Assembly: GCA_947313855.1 (NCBI GenBank)
Contig: CAMZNS010000035.1
Coordinates: 2,435 to 66,434, forward strand
Reading direction: 5' to 3'
DNA length: 64,000 nt
Source: an uncultured Deferribacteraceae bacterium
GTDB lineage: Bacteria > Chrysiogenota > Deferribacteres > CAMZNJ01
How positions within the stretch are numbered: the stretch's first letter is position 1; every line of letters begins with the position of its first letter. Under the pieces are notes generated by a model. The model saw only the letters and a program-made list of their open reading frames with translations, had not been told where the DNA came from and searched no databases. Position numbers and translations under genes: made by a program. This document shows positions 61,850-64,000 of this stretch, one piece after another.

Positions 61850-62101
61850 ACGTTGGTGCGTCACGGCGTTGTACGTTGGTGCGTCACGGCGTTGTACGTT
61901 GGTGCGTCACGGCGTTGTACGTTGGTGCGTTGTACGTTGGTGCGTTGTACGTTGGTGCGTTGTACGTTGGTGCGTTGTACGTTGGTGCATCACGGCGTTG
62001 TACGTTGGTGCGTTGTACGTTGGTGCGTTGTACGTTGGTGCGTTGTACGTTGGTGCATCACGGCGTTGTACGTTGGTGCGTTGTACGTTGGTGCATCACG
62101 C
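61850..62101. repeat. Two-module tandem array (15-bp and 23-bp periods) filling the galE / pseG-like convergent gap
   Basis: 14 copies of CGTTGGTGC; unit GTTGTACGTTGGTGC with an optional (G/A)TCACGGC insert. Confidence 0.97.
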
Positions 62102-62107
62102 CCCCCA

Positions 62108-63067
62108 CTACTTACCGCGAATCACCGCCAACAACCTGTCCACACCCCGACCATCCACTAAGCCACAAAGCTTCTGTGTGATAAAGCTTCGTTTGACAGG
62201 ATTCTCTAGAATGGCTATGCGATCCATCATTATGCGAAAGACGTGTGGTGCGGATATCCTCCCGGCACTAAATGCTAGGCTGTTTGCGATGAAGTATTCG
62301 TAGTTCATGCGTTGATTGCCCCTCACTCCAAACAGAATCATAGGCACACCGTAGTATGCTAATTCGTAAGAGATGGTGCTTGCTGTAACGATTGCGATGT
62401 CGCATTTTGCCATAAGTTTCCCCATGTTTGTGGCATCGAGTCCTGTGTAGTGGTGCAGGTTTCGGAGGTCGTATGTTGAGTTTGGTGCAACAACGTGTAT
62501 CTGTTTTTGTGGGTAATAGCTTGCTAGGTAGTATCCTACGCTGGAGCTTTTGTCTTGTGAGTCCGATCCACCTAGCATTACGAGTATATTTTCTATGCCG
62601 TTTTTTGATGGGTTGTAGGCGTGTTGTTTGAATCCTTTTCTTAGTGGGAAAAAGTTTGCTCCAAGGTAGTAGCTTGAGTCGTATTTTATTGTTAGTTTGT
62701 CGGGTGCGTATGCGTTGTAGTTGATGACCGTTGCCCCTTTCGGGTAGTTGATTCGGAAGCTGTCGTCCATGAAGACTAAGCGTTTGTTGACGGAGTTTAG
62801 GTAGGCACATTCTTGTTCGCTATAGCTGTATGAGTCGATGATAACGCATACATCGCCGGCTAAAAGTGAGTAAGCGTCCCTTATTATTCGTTCTTTTATA
62901 ATTTTTTTGTAGTTGTATGTTTGTATGACAGACTCCCCCAAGTCGTCCACATCTGCTAGTACGATGTATTCATCTGTTTTCAGGGCATCCATCAGTCCGC
63001 TCATTCGGTATAAATGTCCTAACCCCGCATCCCTTCCCCCTTCTGTAATAAAAATATATTTGGCCAT
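62108..63067 (-). CDS. PseG/SpsG-like nucleotide-sugar hydrolase (GT-B fold)
   Basis: GLGHLYR, IIDSY, ILVMLGGSD, MAKCDIAI, VDGRG. Confidence 0.8.
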   Translation of the reverse strand: MAKYIFITEGGRDAGLGHLYRMSGLMDALKTDEYIVLADVDDLGESVIQTYNYKKIIKERIIRDAYSLLAGDVCVIIDSYSYSEQECAYLNSVNKRLVFMDDSFRINYPKGATVINYNAYAPDKLTIKYDSSYYLGANFFPLRKGFKQHAYNPSKNGIENILVMLGGSDSQDKSSSVGYYLASYYPQKQIHVVAPNSTYDLRNLHHYTGLDATNMGKLMAKCDIAIVTASTISYELAYYGVPMILFGVRGNQRMNYEYFIANSLAFSAGRISAPHVFRIMMDRIAILENPVKRSFITQKLCGLVDGRGVDRLLAVIRGK

Positions 63068-63993
63068 TACGATTCCTCACGCTCATCCTCTTTGTTGTTC
63101 AGGTTTATTTGTTGCAAGTGTGGTTGCTGGTTGAATAGCTTTACTAGGCTTTCGAGGTGTATGTTTCTGCCTAGCCACCTGTGTTTCTGCGTACTTGTGC
63201 TTGTGCTTGTATCTGTATCGTCAACACTGTCTATATTTAAGATACTTATGCAGCGTAAAAGTAGCAAATAATCATCAGGTTTATCGATAGTCACACGAAT
63301 ATTTGATGGTTTTGTTGCGTCTTGGGTTCCTATTTTTTGCAGTATTTTTTTGATACCCACAGTTTTGTCCATCTGTTTTTTGCTAAACTGTTCCCCTTCT
63401 CGAATATATGTTGTTACGTGTTCCCGTTGGTCGGGGCTACAGTTGTTGTGTGCTCGTTCTAGTGCATCGAAGGTCATTATTTCGAAGTCCAATCCATGGG
63501 GGTATTCCCGTATGAGGTTGTTGCTCATGTAGTCCAAGCTGCCGTTCATGTTGCGAAACTGCTTTACCCCTTCGGAAATAAGGTTCGGATCGATGAATGG
63601 GCAGTCGGCTGTAACACGGATGACGATGTCGAGGTTGTGTTCTTTTGCTGCATGGTAGTATCTGCCGAGAACGTCATCGGAATCGCCGCGGAAAATAGCA
63701 ACTCCACACCGCATAGTTGTTGTTCCTGTTGTTAGTCGTTCGTCCATGGAGTCAACAATTGCGTTGTCACCTTCGAGCACTGTTGTTGCGACAATAACCG
63801 TAAACTCATCAAGACTACTCGCCTTCTGTGCTGTGGCATCACCCCCCTGAAACATTAACATAGGCACCTGTGTGCACCTATCAACAACCCAATGTAAAAC
63901 GTTATTATTGGAGGTGCGTGGGAGTGGCAGAAGCACTTTGTTTGGCAGGCGTGTTGATCCAACTCGAGCCTGAATAATAATTCCCATCTTCAT
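63067..63993 (-). CDS. SpsF-like cytidylyltransferase-family protein
   Basis: IIQARVGSTRLPNKVL, DDVLGRYY, RVTADCPFIDP, REHVT. Confidence 0.85.
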   Translation of the reverse strand: MKMGIIIQARVGSTRLPNKVLLPLPRTSNNNVLHWVVDRCTQVPMLMFQGGDATAQKASSLDEFTVIVATTVLEGDNAIVDSMDERLTTGTTTMRCGVAIFRGDSDDVLGRYYHAAKEHNLDIVIRVTADCPFIDPNLISEGVKQFRNMNGSLDYMSNNLIREYPHGLDFEIMTFDALERAHNNCSPDQREHVTTYIREGEQFSKKQMDKTVGIKKILQKIGTQDATKPSNIRVTIDKPDDYLLLLRCISILNIDSVDDTDTSTSTSTQKHRWLGRNIHLESLVKLFNQQPHLQQINLNNKEDEREES

Positions 63994-64000
63994 AACTAGC

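Noticed and set aside
61798-62303. Repeat-encoded peptides (ALYVG, VVRWC, RCTLV)
   Set aside because: Open frames are a by-product of stop-free units; the 23-bp modules shift frame and there is no RBS.

Overview
A mostly core-genome window from a Gram-negative bacterium (lpxC present). The TrmD-SPOUT fusion and minimal Fe-S cluster suggest Deferribacterota, but that is an inference. Genes: lepA-lepB, an atypical OmpR-like regulator, lpxC, an NCS2 permease, ileS, a DsbA-like gene plus a redox-dead paralog, mutL-miaA-hfq, glyA/dCMP deaminase, hisS-aspS, bcp-xseB, ispA-dxs-tlyA-nadK-recN, dedA-birA-rodZ, iscS-iscU-nfu, ffh-rpsP-khpA-rimM-trmD-rplS-rplM-rpsI, rho, ligA, pyrB-pyrC-pyrE-trkA-trkH, tRNA-Ile, galE and two PseG/SpsF-like genes. 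I saw no integrase, transposase or CRISPR. The main unexplained signal is a dense set of locus-specific, mosaic tandem-repeat arrays next to stop codons. Several extend rightwards from the 3' arm of a local hairpin, and similar in-frame expansions sit inside conserved enzymes. Other notable points: an IscS lacking the PLP lysine, several apparent pseudo-enzymes, a sigma-54 promoter at lpxC, a structured leader before ispA-dxs, and a His/Asp tail on HisS. All annotations are by-eye motif recognition, with no database searches; several start codons were adjusted from the ORF track using RBS position.
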